Shown: positions 10,471 to 21,905, numbered from the stretch's first letter. The stretch: DNA of 64,000 nucleotides from Methanothermococcus sp. SCGC AD-155-C09 (GCA_019561555.1 JAHEQB010000080.1:18399-82398), one strand, 5' to 3'. Numbers and translations: made by a program. The notes: generated by a model from the sequence alone, not told the origin.

Positions 10471-10757
10471 TATAGTCAAGGGTATAATAATTTAAACTTA
10501 CTATGGATATAGGATAATACTTAAAGGGTTTCCTTTGGACATCCAGTGCTTAGGAGTGTGAGGGGAAGAGGGTAGTTATGGGATTTTCACTTTCTAAGTA
10601 TTTATTTTCTTTTATTCCTCTAAATGTTTAATTTCTCCCTATATTTTAGGATTTAGGTTATTTTAATTTTATTTATTTTAATTTTTATTTTTTTTTAATT
10701 ATTTTTATTTTTTTATATTTAGACTATATAGTTTAAGAAATTATGTTCCTAACTATA
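10471..10757 (-). mobile_element. IS630-derived MITE, family A (complete)
   Basis: TA-flanked TIRs TATAGTCAAGGGTATAAT / AATTATGTTCCTAACTATA; colinear with 58886-59151. Confidence 0.85.
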
Positions 10758-10829
10758 TTTTAAATTATTTTTTTAAAATTTTTATAATTAATGTTTTTTA
10801 GATTATTATATTAGTTTTATTTATAACTA

Positions 10830-11010
10830 TAATAATAAAACTAAAAAATAAAAGATTTTAAAATATTTAAAGGGAATAAAAATATAAAAAATAAAAATCC
10901 TAATTATTATCCTCTTTATACTTCAAAACACTGGAGGAAGTATATATAGTTAAATTAAAGTAGATATGATTTTAAAATTTACTTATATTCAATCCTATAT
11001 TATTTTTATA
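10830..11010 (+). mobile_element. IS630-derived MITE, family B (decayed)
   Basis: AGATTTTAAAATATTTAAA..AAAAATCCTAATTATT..AAACACTGGAGG. Confidence 0.45.
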
Positions 11011-11126
11011 GTATAAATCTTATATTTTTTATTTTAATTTTAATTATTCTTTATTTTTTAATTATTTTATTATTTTTAGATTTTAATAATTCTTTAATCA
11101 TTATTTTTATTTATTATTGGATTTAT

Positions 11127-13061
11127 CTAATTGCCATCCACAAGTTTTTTTAATTTACCATAAAAGGGCTTACCTTTGACAAAGTAAGTATAAGAATCAG
11201 ATTTTCTAAATATAAGTTCATCTCCTTTTTTTCCCAATCCTTCAATATTTCCATCAATTACAATTAATACAGATTTTTTTAATATTTTTATTTTAATTTC
11301 AGAATTACCATCAACAACTATTGGTCGAGAGAATAATTTAAATGGACATATTGGCACTATTATAAAGGCATCTACCGCCGGCTCCAATATTGGTCCCCCT
11401 GCACTTAATGAATAGGCTGTTGAGCCTGTTGGGGTTGATATTATAAGTCCATCTGCCCTAACCCTCTCTACAATTTCCCCATTAACATATACTTCAAAAT
11501 GAATCATTTTTGCTGGACTTTTAGTAATTAAAACTACCTCATTTAATGCATCTGGAAGTATTCTTTGGTAATAGGTTCCATGGTTGTTGTTGCCTTCCCC
11601 CTCCCCTCCTTTACCTTTATGTTTGCTACTTAGGGGGTAGTTATGGGTATAATCACAATAATTAGTATCTCCCCTATCATTCATAATAATATTGTCCCCC
11701 TCCTCTTTACATCTGTCGTGTTTTATTTTCCTTTTAAGAACACATGAGCAATTGGTTCTTTTCTCAATTTCATAATTTCCCATGATAACCATATCTATGG
11801 CCTTAAATACCTCATCCCTATCAAATTCTGTAAGAAAACCAACGGTACCCATGTTTATGGGAATTATTGGAATCTCATTTCCATTTATTAATTTTGAGGC
11901 CCTTAATACAGTTCCATCCCCCCCTATTGCTAATATATGAGATATATTCTCTATGTTATCCATTAATTTACAATCAGATTTATTGATATTAAGGGATTTA
12001 TTATTTTTTAAGATATTGTATAGTTCTAATTCCAGTAGGCAATCTATATTTTTAGATTTTAAATACTTAATAACATCAATGGCTAAATTTATAGCCTCCT
12101 CCTTATCCACCCTTGAGATTATACCAAATTTTGTTGGTTTTAACATCCATTTGTTTCCAAATATTCCAACAAATTTTTTATGCAGTATTGCATTGGAACA
12201 TATTAGGGAGGTCCTATCATGGACATTTAATTTAATGTTTATGGGTTTTCCATCCCTATCTGTTATTATTCCCCCAGATTCCCTAAGTATTACATAACCT
12301 CCAGCAATATCACAAAGTCTTGTGGTTTTATTTACATTTATAAATGCATCAAGGGCCCCCCTTGCAACATAACACATCTCCAAGGCTGCAGAACCAAATA
12401 TCCTTATTCTCCTTACCTTTCTGTCCTTTATAAAATCTAAGGTATTGGTAGTTAATCCATAGGCAAAAACCCCAACTGAGGCATCCTTTAAATTTTTTGT
12501 ATCAGATGTTTTTATTTTTATTTTTTCCAAATTACTACGTTTTTCTAAGATATAGGCTCCTTTATTAACTTCTCCATAGTATATATCCCCAGTGGCTATA
12601 TTTTTTACCATCCCCAACTCTAAGTCATTAATGGTCATTCTGTTAATTATCTCCATATAATTGGAATTACTTTTATCCCCTTTCCCTTTAATGCTGGAAT
12701 TATTGCATTCATTGTCTTTATATTTATGATATGGAATTTCACATAATCCTATGGAAACGGAATATATTGGAAGGTCATTTAATGCATTGTATGTGCCATC
12801 AATGGGATCCAATACAATAAGGTATTTTGGAGGGTCCTCTCCTATTTTTTTAAAACCTATTTCCTCACTTATGAGCACTGCACAACAGTATTTTTCAATG
12901 GAATTTATGGCAATATTTTCGGCAATTACATCTATTCTCTTAGTGGGGGTGCCATCTGCCCCAATTTTTACAATCTCATGGGATTTTTCCCATCCTATTA
13001 ATGGCTTTACCCCCTTTTCAATACTTTCTACCACATTAAGGGCAATATCAAACATATCCAC
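11127..13061 (-). CDS. Bifunctional NADP phosphatase / NAD kinase (MJ0917-type)
   Basis: Inositol-monophosphatase domain (SEE, DPIDGTYN) fused to NAD kinase (GGDGT, LNE, TPTGSTAYSLSAGG). Confidence 0.92.
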   Translation of the reverse strand: MDMFDIALNVVESIEKGVKPLIGWEKSHEIVKIGADGTPTKRIDVIAENIAINSIEKYCCAVLISEEIGFKKIGEDPPKYLIVLDPIDGTYNALNDLPIYSVSIGLCEIPYHKYKDNECNNSSIKGKGDKSNSNYMEIINRMTINDLELGMVKNIATGDIYYGEVNKGAYILEKRSNLEKIKIKTSDTKNLKDASVGVFAYGLTTNTLDFIKDRKVRRIRIFGSAALEMCYVARGALDAFINVNKTTRLCDIAGGYVILRESGGIITDRDGKPINIKLNVHDRTSLICSNAILHKKFVGIFGNKWMLKPTKFGIISRVDKEEAINLAIDVIKYLKSKNIDCLLELELYNILKNNKSLNINKSDCKLMDNIENISHILAIGGDGTVLRASKLINGNEIPIIPINMGTVGFLTEFDRDEVFKAIDMVIMGNYEIEKRTNCSCVLKRKIKHDRCKEEGDNIIMNDRGDTNYCDYTHNYPLSSKHKGKGGEGEGNNNHGTYYQRILPDALNEVVLITKSPAKMIHFEVYVNGEIVERVRADGLIISTPTGSTAYSLSAGGPILEPAVDAFIIVPICPFKLFSRPIVVDGNSEIKIKILKKSVLIVIDGNIEGLGKKGDELIFRKSDSYTYFVKGKPFYGKLKKLVDGN

Positions 13062-13301
13062 TATTTCACCATATTTAAAAAGTTAAGTCTTAATTTGAAG
13101 TATAATAATAAATTAATTTGAATTAATTTAATATATTAAATTAAATGTATTAAGATTTATATTAAATGAGTTATATTAAATTATAGGATATTACAATAAA
13201 AAATAGAGATAATAAAATAGTAATTTAAAAAAAATAAAAAACAAATAATAAAACAAAAATAAAATTAAATAAATAAAATTTAAAGTAAGATAAAATATAT
13301 T

Positions 13302-13655
13302 TATAGTCAAGAACACAATTTCTTAAATCCTATTAAAATATAAAAAAATAATTTAAAAAATTTAAAAAAATAATAAAAAATAAAAAATTAATAAATAAAA
13401 ATTACAATTAAATAAATAAAAAACTAATATACTTCTTTTTAATAAAAATAAAATAATTAAAAATTATAGTTAAAAAAATAGGAATTTAAAAAAATAGAAT
13501 ATATAGGATAATATAAAGTTCATTTTTTAAACAATCTATAGAATGGAAACCCTCTAAATTATAGAAAAGCACTGACACTTATGTTATAGAAAAATATGGG
13601 ATTCCATTCTTTCCCTTTGAAATATAAAATTTAGAAAAATAACTTTTTAACTATG
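13302..13655 (+). mobile_element. IS630 deletion derivative
   Basis: Left TIR TATAGTCAAGAACACAATTTCTTAAA, degenerate right TIR; interior GGAAACCCTCTAAATTA and TTATAGAAAAATATGGGATT resemble the PSKL and IEKYGI parts of the transposase. Confidence 0.6.
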
Positions 13656-13815
13656 GATATTATAAATCAATATTATTTTTTTAATCTCAGGAGATAGGTT
13701 TAAGGTTTATGCACTTGAATATTAAAATTAAATTAAAATTTCATTAAAAAAATAAAATAAATATTTTTAAATTATAATATTTTAAAATATTAAAATTGAA
13801 AATTAAGGTAGTATT

Positions 13816-14505
13816 ATGAATTGGAAGGGACATACTATTTTTGGAATAATCTTAGGGTTGCCCTTTTTATCCTCCCCTGAGCAAATATTTTTATTGGTTG
13901 CCGGGGCACTTTATCCTGATTTGGATCATGAGGTAAAATCAGAAATTGTAAATAGGGGGCTCTATTTTGCAGGGGCCTTAGTATTAATTAACATACTACT
14001 ATATCTATTTAAAACACAGTATTTTGATATGGGATTCTTTGTAGTATCTGCTGCTGTATTAATACTCTACTTAATACCCCATTTTGCAAATCATAGGGGA
14101 ATAACCCATACCTTCTTAAGTTTAATTATTGTATCAAGTATATTGGGGTTTTTAACATATAAATTGGCAATATTTTCTCCAATAATCTCAGGAATAATTG
14201 CCTTAATTATGGTTACCAATTATAAACTTCTTGGTAAGGTTATTCCAATATGTGTCTTTGCCTGGATGGTGGCATACTTAATTTTTTCGAATATTCAATC
14301 TCCCCTTATAAATATCTCTGGTATGTATTACTACATTATACCTATTGCTATAGGCTACTTATCTCATATTGTTGGGGATAGTTTAACTCCTACAGGATGT
14401 AATGCCCTGTATCCAATTAAACATAAGTTTTATAAAAGGGAAGCCATGGTATTTATTGGTTTGTGGTTTTTAATTATTTTCTTTTTTGTTGCAAGAAGTA
14501 TCTAA
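13816..14505 (+). CDS. YdjM-family membrane metal-dependent hydrolase
   Basis: H in MNWKGH, PDLDH, HRGITH, SHIVGD; multiple TM helices. Confidence 0.85.
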   Translation: MNWKGHTIFGIILGLPFLSSPEQIFLLVAGALYPDLDHEVKSEIVNRGLYFAGALVLINILLYLFKTQYFDMGFFVVSAAVLILYLIPHFANHRGITHTFLSLIIVSSILGFLTYKLAIFSPIISGIIALIMVTNYKLLGKVIPICVFAWMVAYLIFSNIQSPLINISGMYYYIIPIAIGYLSHIVGDSLTPTGCNALYPIKHKFYKREAMVFIGLWFLIIFFFVARSI

Positions 14506-14506
14506 T

Positions 14507-14890
14507 TATTGTCAAGAATATAATTTCTTAAATCTATTCACAGTATAAAAAATAAAATAAATAAAAAAATAATTTAAAAAAATTAAAATTAAAAAAAATA
14601 AATAATAAATAAAATGATAAAATAAAAAAAATAAAATTAAAATAACTTAAAATAATAGAATTAATCTAAATCTTAAAATATAATGGAAAAAACAAAAATA
14701 TTTAAAAATAAGGGGAAAAACAAATATTTAAGAGATAAAGAAAAATAAATACTTAAAAAATAGGAATAAAGTAGAAATGTAGTACTTAAAGAATAAAAAC
14801 TCCACATCGCTATTCTCCCTCTCCTACTCTCCTAAGCACTGAATTACAGAGGAACTCCTTTAAGTATGGGATTACTGTATTTATATTAAG
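14507..14890 (+). mobile_element. IS630-derived MITE, family A
   Basis: Left TIR TATTGTCAAGAATATAATTTCTTAAA; core CTCCTACTCTCCTAAGCACTGAATTACAGAGGAACTCCTTTAAGTAT. Confidence 0.7.
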
Positions 14891-14914
14891 AATTCAATAA
14901 TATAAGGTGGTTTC

Positions 14915-17599
14915 ATGAAAAATCATAATTATAATGTGGAATTATTTGATAAAAAGGGATTTATAAGAAAAAAATGTGAAAAGTGTGGCCAATACTTTTG
15001 GACCTTGGATTTAGATAGAAAAACATGTGGAGACAGTCCCTGTGATAAGTACTCCTTTATTGGAAATCCTATCACAAAGAAAAAATACTCCTATAAAGAA
15101 ATGGTAAAAACTTTTTTGGAATTTTTTGAAAAACAGGGCCATGCCCCAATAAAAAGGTATCCTGTAAATGCAAGAAGATGGAGAAATGATATATTATTAA
15201 CAATTGCCTCAATTGCAGTATTTCAACCTTGGGTTACAAAGGGAGTGGTAGAGCCTATTAAAAATCCCTTAGTAATAGCCCAACCCTGTATTAGGTTAAA
15301 TGATATTGATAATGTTGGAAGAACTGGAAGGCATTTAACATGCTTTACAATGGGGGGCCATCATGCATTCAATAGGGAGAATAATGAAATATACTGGACA
15401 GATAAAACTGTGGAATTGTGCTTTGATTTTATGAGGGAATTGGGCATAGAGGAAAAATCCATAACCTTTATAGAGAGTTGGTGGGAAGGAGGAGGAAATG
15501 CTGGTCCCTGCTATGAGGTAATATCCCATGGGGTAGAATTGGCCACATTGGTTTTTATGGAGTATGAGAAGATAGGAAATGATTATAAGGAAATGCCCTT
15601 AAAAATTGTGGATACTGGTTATGGAATTGAAAGATTTGTCTGGGCATCCCATGGAACTCCAACGGTCTATGATGCAGTGTTTGGGAATATTATTGAAAAA
15701 TTAAAGGAACATTCTACAGTAGAGGGAGATGTTTGGAATATTGAGGAGAGAATAATTAAAGAAAGTGCTACTCTTGCAGGACTTATGGATATTGAAAATG
15801 TGGGAGATCTTAGGATCCTAAGGAATAAGGTTGCTAAAAAACTCAATATGGATGTAAATGAATTGGATAGGTTGCTAAGTCCTTTGGAAAATATATATGC
15901 CATAGCAGATCATACAAGATGCTTGGCCTTCATGTTTGGAGATGGTATTGTCCCCTCCAATGTAAAGGAGGGTTATTTGGCAAGGCTCCTTATAAGAAAA
16001 ACATTGAGATATATGAAGAAGGTGGGTATTACTCTATCATTGGGGGAGATATTGGAATTACAACTAGAGGATTTAAAGGATGTTTATCCTGATTTACTTG
16101 AAATGAAGGACTATACATTGGATGTAATTAAGGAGGAAGAAAAAAAGTATATTCAGACTATTGACAGAGGTAAGGGTATTGTGGAAAGATTGGTTAAATC
16201 CAAAAGGGAAATATCCCTTGAGGAATTAATAGAACTTTATGATAGTAAGGGCCTTCCTCCTGAAGTAGTAGAGGATATTGTTAAGGAAATAGGAAAGGAT
16301 GTTAAAGTAGATATCCCAGATAACTTCTATACCTTAGTTGCCGAGAGACATGAGAATAAAAAATCTGAAGAAGAATCCTACAGTGAAGATAAAAAGGAAC
16401 TCCCAATCTTGAATGAAAATATTGAAAAAACTCAGTTATTATTCTATGAAAACCCAAAAATAAAGGAATTTAAAGGAAAAATTTTAAAAATAATTGATGA
16501 TTATGTAATATTGGATAGAACTATTTTTTATCCTGAGGGAGGAGGTCAAAAGTATGATATTGGAACCCTAAATGGTAGGGAGGTAGTAGAGGTCCAGAAA
16601 AGGGATGGTGTTGTATATCACAAACTATCCAGTGTTGAAGGATTAAAGGAAGGGGACTTGGTAAAGGGAGTTATAAATTGGGAACATAGGATTAATTTAA
16701 TGAGAAACCACACTGCAACCCATATAATAAATGCATCTGCCCAGAGGATACTTGGAAAACATGTTTGGCAAAGTGGATCCAATGTGGAGCCAGATAAGGC
16801 AAGGTTGGATATTACCCACTATAAAAGAATATCAAGGGAGGAATTAAAGAAAATAGAGGAGTTGGCAAATAAAATTGTTTTGGAGGGCATTCCCATAAAA
16901 AGTACATTTATGGATAGAAATGAGGCCGAACAAAAGTATGGTTTCAAAATATATCAGGGGGGCGTTGTTCCAGGGAATATTCTTAGAATAGTTGATATAG
17001 AGGGCATAGATGTGGAGGCCTGTGGAGGAACCCACTGTGAAAATACATCGGAGGTAGGTTATATAAAGATTTTAAAAACTGAGAGGATACAGGATGGAGT
17101 TGAGAGATTGGAATATAGTAGTGGCCTAAATTCTGTTAGGGAGGTAAGTTCCATGGAAGATATATTATTAGCCTCCTCAGAGATACTTGGAGTACCTATT
17201 GAAAACCTACCAAAAACTGTTAAAAGGTTCTTTAATGAATGGAAGGAGCAGAAAAAAACCATAGAGGAACTTCAAAGGAAAATAGGGGAATATAAAAAAT
17301 ATCAGATATCAAATAATTTTGAAAAAGTGGGAAAGTATAATCTACTTGTGGAGAAAATTGAGGGCAATCCAAAGGAGTTAATGGCAATTGCAGATAATTT
17401 AGCAAAGGATAATTCCATAGTGGTTTTATTAAATAGTGATGGATACATACTGTGCAAGAGAGGGGATGCCCTGGATATTGATATGGGCAATCTATTGAGA
17501 AAAATTGGAAAGGGAGGAGGAAAAAACAATATGGCCCAGGGCAAATGTACTGAGGATATAGATACAATAAAGAAAAAGTTAAAGGAAATATTAGAATAA
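14915..17599 (+). CDS. alaS: Alanine--tRNA ligase
   Basis: [39 protein letters not shown] editing motif. Confidence 0.97.
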   Translation: MKNHNYNVELFDKKGFIRKKCEKCGQYFWTLDLDRKTCGDSPCDKYSFIGNPITKKKYSYKEMVKTFLEFFEKQGHAPIKRYPVNARRWRNDILLTIASIAVFQPWVTKGVVEPIKNPLVIAQPCIRLNDIDNVGRTGRHLTCFTMGGHHAFNRENNEIYWTDKTVELCFDFMRELGIEEKSITFIESWWEGGGNAGPCYEVISHGVELATLVFMEYEKIGNDYKEMPLKIVDTGYGIERFVWASHGTPTVYDAVFGNIIEKLKEHSTVEGDVWNIEERIIKESATLAGLMDIENVGDLRILRNKVAKKLNMDVNELDRLLSPLENIYAIADHTRCLAFMFGDGIVPSNVKEGYLARLLIRKTLRYMKKVGITLSLGEILELQLEDLKDVYPDLLEMKDYTLDVIKEEEKKYIQTIDRGKGIVERLVKSKREISLEELIELYDSKGLPPEVVEDIVKEIGKDVKVDIPDNFYTLVAERHENKKSEEESYSEDKKELPILNENIEKTQLLFYENPKIKEFKGKILKIIDDYVILDRTIFYPEGGGQKYDIGTLNGREVVEVQKRDGVVYHKLSSVEGLKEGDLVKGVINWEHRINLMRNHTATHIINASAQRILGKHVWQSGSNVEPDKARLDITHYKRISREELKKIEELANKIVLEGIPIKSTFMDRNEAEQKYGFKIYQGGVVPGNILRIVDIEGIDVEACGGTHCENTSEVGYIKILKTERIQDGVERLEYSSGLNSVREVSSMEDILLASSEILGVPIENLPKTVKRFFNEWKEQKKTIEELQRKIGEYKKYQISNNFEKVGKYNLLVEKIEGNPKELMAIADNLAKDNSIVVLLNSDGYILCKRGDALDIDMGNLLRKIGKGGGKNNMAQGKCTEDIDTIKKKLKEILE

Positions 17600-17952
17600 A
17601 AATGGTCTTAAAAATTATTTATAATAAATAAAAAAACTTAATTACAAAAAAATCTATAAAAAATAATAATAAAATAAAAAAATAAAATTAAAATTAATCT
17701 AAAAAAATAATAAATAATAAATTCAATAAAAAAGAAAAAAATAAAATAATAAAACAAATAAATAACATAAATAATTTCAATATTATTAAAAATATAATAA
17801 AATAAAATCTTTTTAACAATAATTTATTATTTTCTTTTTTATTTAATTATAATATTTTTTTTGTTTAGTTAATTTATTTTTTTATTTTAATTTTTATTAT
17901 TATATCTCTATGATAGATTTATCTTATTTTTACAATTATCTTAGGTGATAAT

Positions 17953-19101
17953 ATTCCAAATATAAAAATTAACATAGATAAGCGAGCCTATAACTCAATA
18001 TTAAATTTTTCAAGAATAATTTACAAAAATGCCATTATAAACAGGGAGGACATACCTGAGAAGGATGATATAGTGGATCTATATTATAAAGATAAATTTG
18101 TGGCACAGGCCCTATATGTTAAAGGGAGTTCCTGTATAAAGATATTAACATTAAAAAAGGAGGATATTGATAGGGATTTTTTTTACAGGAGGATAAAAAG
18201 GGCTATTGAGTATAGGGAAAATATTCTCGGTTTCAAAGACACCTATAGGATGATATATGCCGAAGGGGACTATCTTCCATCCATAGTATTGGATAAATAC
18301 AACAATATAGGCTCCATGCAACTATCTTCAAAAATTATGGAGAAATATGCCCCCATAATATACGAATGTGTAGAGGAACTTACAGATATAAGTACCCTCT
18401 ATGTTCAAGGTGCAAATAAGGGAGATTCAATAAAATCAAAGATATATGGGGATAAAAATAATATAGAGACAATTATTAAGGAAGGTAATGGAAAATTTAA
18501 GGTAAATTTAAAGGGACATAAAACTGGATTCTTTCTTGATCAGAGGGACAATAGAATAGATATAGAAGGATATATAAGAGAGGGAGATAGGGTATTAGAT
18601 ATATGTTGCTATACTGGGGGCTTTTCAGTACATTGTGGAATAAAGGGAGCCGAGGTATTAGGAGTGGATATATCAAAAAAAGCACTTGAGGTTGCCAAGG
18701 AGAATATGGAGTTGAACAATATTGAAAACTATAACTTTATAGAGGGTAATGCCTTTGATGTTATGAGGGAATTAATTGAGGAAGGGGAGTCCTTTGATGT
18801 TGTAATATTGGATCCTCCTGCATTTACAAAAACCTTTAAGGATGTTAAAAATGCACTAAAGGCCTACAATACACTGAATTATTTAGGATTAAAACTTGCT
18901 AAAAGAATGCTAATTACATGCTCCTGCTCCCATCATGTTGATAGGGAGATGTTTAAAAATACAGTAATATCCTCTTCCTTAAGAGCCAAAAAAGAAATTA
19001 AACAGATTGGAGGCTATAGAACCCAATCTCCTGATCATATAATTACCATGGCCAATAAAAATTTGGAGTATTTAAAATGTCTATTCTTTGGGATAGAATA
19101 G
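17953..19101 (+). CDS. RlmI-like class I SAM-dependent RNA methyltransferase
   Basis: KTGFFLDQRDNR, LDICCYTGGF, DPPAF, TCSCS, YLK; start extended from GTG 18073 to an ATT after GGTGA (see findings). Confidence 0.85.
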   Translation: MPNIKINIDKRAYNSILNFSRIIYKNAIINREDIPEKDDIVDLYYKDKFVAQALYVKGSSCIKILTLKKEDIDRDFFYRRIKRAIEYRENILGFKDTYRMIYAEGDYLPSIVLDKYNNIGSMQLSSKIMEKYAPIIYECVEELTDISTLYVQGANKGDSIKSKIYGDKNNIETIIKEGNGKFKVNLKGHKTGFFLDQRDNRIDIEGYIREGDRVLDICCYTGGFSVHCGIKGAEVLGVDISKKALEVAKENMELNNIENYNFIEGNAFDVMRELIEEGESFDVVILDPPAFTKTFKDVKNALKAYNTLNYLGLKLAKRMLITCSCSHHVDREMFKNTVISSSLRAKKEIKQIGGYRTQSPDHIITMANKNLEYLKCLFFGIE

Positions 19102-19127
19102 AAGAAAAATAATTAAAAAAAGAAACA

Positions 19128-19472
19128 TTAAAATGAAATAACCTTATCACTTTCCTTTACAAAATCCACTAAATCATGCATGGTAGATAATATCACACCC
19201 TCCAATAGATCCTCTTCACTTAAACCTCTGGCTTTACAACAGGGGCCACAGACCTTTACAATTGCACCAGATTCAATGCAATTTTTTAAATATTCAAGAT
19301 AGTTTGGAGCCTGAGAGGGATTTTGGGAATTTTTTGCCAAATAAACTCCATCTTCAATTAGGAATATGTTTATATCTATACCCTCCAATAGAGATGTTAA
19401 GGCAAATCTAAGGGCAGAATAGGCCCTTTCATGACCATAGGGAGGTGTTGTAATTATTACAGTGAATTTCAA
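19128..19472 (-). CDS. DsrE/TusD-family sulfur relay protein
   Basis: PPYG, FLIEDGV, CGPCCKARG. Confidence 0.85.
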   Translation of the reverse strand: MKFTVIITTPPYGHERAYSALRFALTSLLEGIDINIFLIEDGVYLAKNSQNPSQAPNYLEYLKNCIESGAIVKVCGPCCKARGLSEEDLLEGVILSTMHDLVDFVKESDKVISF

Positions 19473-19565
19473 TCTACCACCTTTTTTATGATTATTTATT
19501 TTATTATTTATTTTTATTTCATTATTTACTTTATTTTTAATTTTATTTTTTTATTTATTTTTTAT

Positions 19566-19787
19566 TTATTTCTTTACTACAATTTTAAATCCATCTTCAG
19601 ATTCCTCAGTGGATATTACCCTATGTCCATGGGTTTTAACAAATCTTTTAATATTATCCAGTGCAGGTTTATAATCTCCCACTATAGTTAATGTTTCTCC
19701 CTCAGGTAGTTCCTCTATGGCCTTTTTTGTCTTTAATACAGGTATTGGACATATTAAACCACGAACATCTAACTCCACATTTTCCAC
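19566..19787 (-). CDS. TusA/SirA-family sulfur carrier
   Basis: LDVRGLICPIP motif. Confidence 0.88.
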   Translation of the reverse strand: MENVELDVRGLICPIPVLKTKKAIEELPEGETLTIVGDYKPALDNIKRFVKTHGHRVISTEESEDGFKIVVKK

Positions 19788-20039
19788 CCTATTAGAATAA
19801 TTAATATCTAATTTTGATAGGATATTTTTATTTTATAAAATATTAATAGGTTATAATTATTATATAAATATTTCCATTAAATAATCTAATATTAAATAAT
19901 CTTTTAGGTTAATTTTTATTAACTTCCTTAATAAATTGATAACATATTTACTTATAATAATTTATTTTAATTATAATCAAGCGCATAAATACTCTAAATT
20001 TATAATTTTAATATGGATAATAAAATTAATTATAATAAT

Positions 20040-20200
20040 AAAAAAATAAATATTAATAAAAAGAAATACTTTAAGTCCTTACCAGGGATTAATATAAATT
20101 TCATGATACTAGTCCCTGTCAAGAATTCTATCTGTTCTCCCAGTACTTAGAAACATCCTAAGAAGGATAATAATAAGATTTCTATTTTTTTATTTTATGT
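20040..20200 (-). mobile_element. IS630-derived MITE, family B (decayed)
   Basis: AATACTTTAAGTCCTTACC..TTCTCCCAGTACTTAG..AATAAGATTTCTATTTTT. Confidence 0.55.
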
Positions 20201-20215
20201 ACTATATATATGTTC

Positions 20216-21763
20216 TTAATCAATAATTTCCAATACCTCTCCAGTTAGGGACCTCCTTCCATAATCTACCACTTTAACATCCACAAAGGATTTAAGGTTT
20301 AGATTCTCTCCTTTCATACCTACAAGTATTGGATAGGTACCAAATTGTCTTCCAAAGTATAGATTTTTTTTCTTTACCTCAATAAATACCTCCTTTAAAA
20401 TAGTACCCTTTGGAATCATCCTCTTTAACATGGGGTTATCTATCTCTCTTCTAACCTTCTCTTTAAAACTTAAAAATAGTTTCTTTCGCTTATTTGCCCT
20501 TTCAATATCTTTAAAATTTATATCGGTACCATGGAATGGAACAACCTGTCGAATATTTATCCTCCTTAACATAAAACCCCTATCATATATTTCCCTTAGA
20601 TAGTGGTAGTTTATTTTAAAGGTTTTTTTGGATTCACCCTTTAATCCAAATAGTAGATTTATACCTGGAAGTAGATAGGGGAGACCACTTGGACCCCTTT
20701 TACCTCCAATCTCGTTGAGTATTTTTATGGCCTTTAAAACATCCTCTGGGGTAGATAATAGGTTGTTCATTTTAATTACCCTTTCATCAAAACTTTCAAC
20801 CCCAAAGGCTGCCACATTTCCACTTGTACAGTATTTAACAAGTATCTTTGCAATTTTTTTACTCTCCTCCTCATGATTGGCAATCACTGCAGGATTGGCA
20901 TTGTCTATATGAAGTACCTTTGGATTTATCCTATTCCATATACCCTTAAATAATCTTTCAATGGATTCAACATTGGGTTTTGGAACCTCTTCTCTTTCAC
21001 TATTTAAGGATTTATAGGAAAATATACAAGGTTGCCTTCCTATCCTTAGGTATTTTATTCCATTTAAATACAATTCATTAATTTCATCGACTATATCCTT
21101 CTCATCCCTAAATTTTGGAATACCAAATCTCTTAGGTTCTGTACAGAAGGAGCAACCTCCACTTAGGTATCTTGAACAACCCCTATAGGTTTCTATCTCT
21201 GCAATGATATGGGGATAATTGGGATGTTTCCTTACAATCCTTGCCCCCCTTATTGCAAACTCCCTTATAGTGTGATAATCTCTCACTTGACAGTATTCCC
21301 TATCTACTCTCTCAATCTTAAAGTTATTCTCTATAAGATCCAATAAAAGCATTTCAAGGTCTCCTTCTGCCACAATATGAAAGAAGGATTTATATTTTTC
21401 TTCATCCCTTAATATACCCCCTTCCATTGAGGAACCAAATTTCGTTGCTACAGGCCCCCCTAATATCTTTAAACCTTCATAATTGTAAAGTATGGAAACT
21501 ATCTCCTTCAATGTTGCTGGTTTGGCATTTAAATACTTCCCAGGTGTGTGGAATCCACAGATAGTTATTATTACATCAAACTTATTTAAATCATACCCTT
21601 TTTTTAACTCTTCCCTTAATTTATCAATGGTAATATAATGTACATCCCTATGTCCATGGAGATACAATACTCCTGCAGCATATCTTGGATAGGTCCCTAT
21701 ATAGGGAGGCACTCCAAGCCCCGCTGGTTCATCAGTATATCCATCAAGTATTAAAAATTTCAT
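20216..21763 (-). CDS. Radical SAM protein with C-terminal TRAM-like domain (COG1031-like)
   Basis: LDGYTDEPAGLGVPPY, ETYRGC-x7-CSFC, HIDNANP, RRINIRQV; ATG 21763 after GGTGA SD. Confidence 0.8.
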   Translation of the reverse strand: MKFLILDGYTDEPAGLGVPPYIGTYPRYAAGVLYLHGHRDVHYITIDKLREELKKGYDLNKFDVIITICGFHTPGKYLNAKPATLKEIVSILYNYEGLKILGGPVATKFGSSMEGGILRDEEKYKSFFHIVAEGDLEMLLLDLIENNFKIERVDREYCQVRDYHTIREFAIRGARIVRKHPNYPHIIAEIETYRGCSRYLSGGCSFCTEPKRFGIPKFRDEKDIVDEINELYLNGIKYLRIGRQPCIFSYKSLNSEREEVPKPNVESIERLFKGIWNRINPKVLHIDNANPAVIANHEEESKKIAKILVKYCTSGNVAAFGVESFDERVIKMNNLLSTPEDVLKAIKILNEIGGKRGPSGLPYLLPGINLLFGLKGESKKTFKINYHYLREIYDRGFMLRRINIRQVVPFHGTDINFKDIERANKRKKLFLSFKEKVRREIDNPMLKRMIPKGTILKEVFIEVKKKNLYFGRQFGTYPILVGMKGENLNLKSFVDVKVVDYGRRSLTGEVLEIID

Positions 21764-21905
21764 AGAATCACCAGTAGTAAAAAATATATTAGGCATGATG
21801 AATTTTAATAAAATAATTAAAAAAAATAAAAAAATATGAATAAATTCAATAAAATAACAGAATTATAAAATAGATACAATAAATTAATAAAATTATATAA
21901 TAAAC

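Noticed and set aside
13520-13550. GAATGGAAAC resembling a Methanococcales CRISPR repeat end
   Set aside because: Single copy, no spacers; better explained as IS630 transposase debris
19128-19787. Selenocysteine recoding in the sulfur relay genes
   Set aside because: Active-site codons are Cys; no in-frame TGA or SECIS seen
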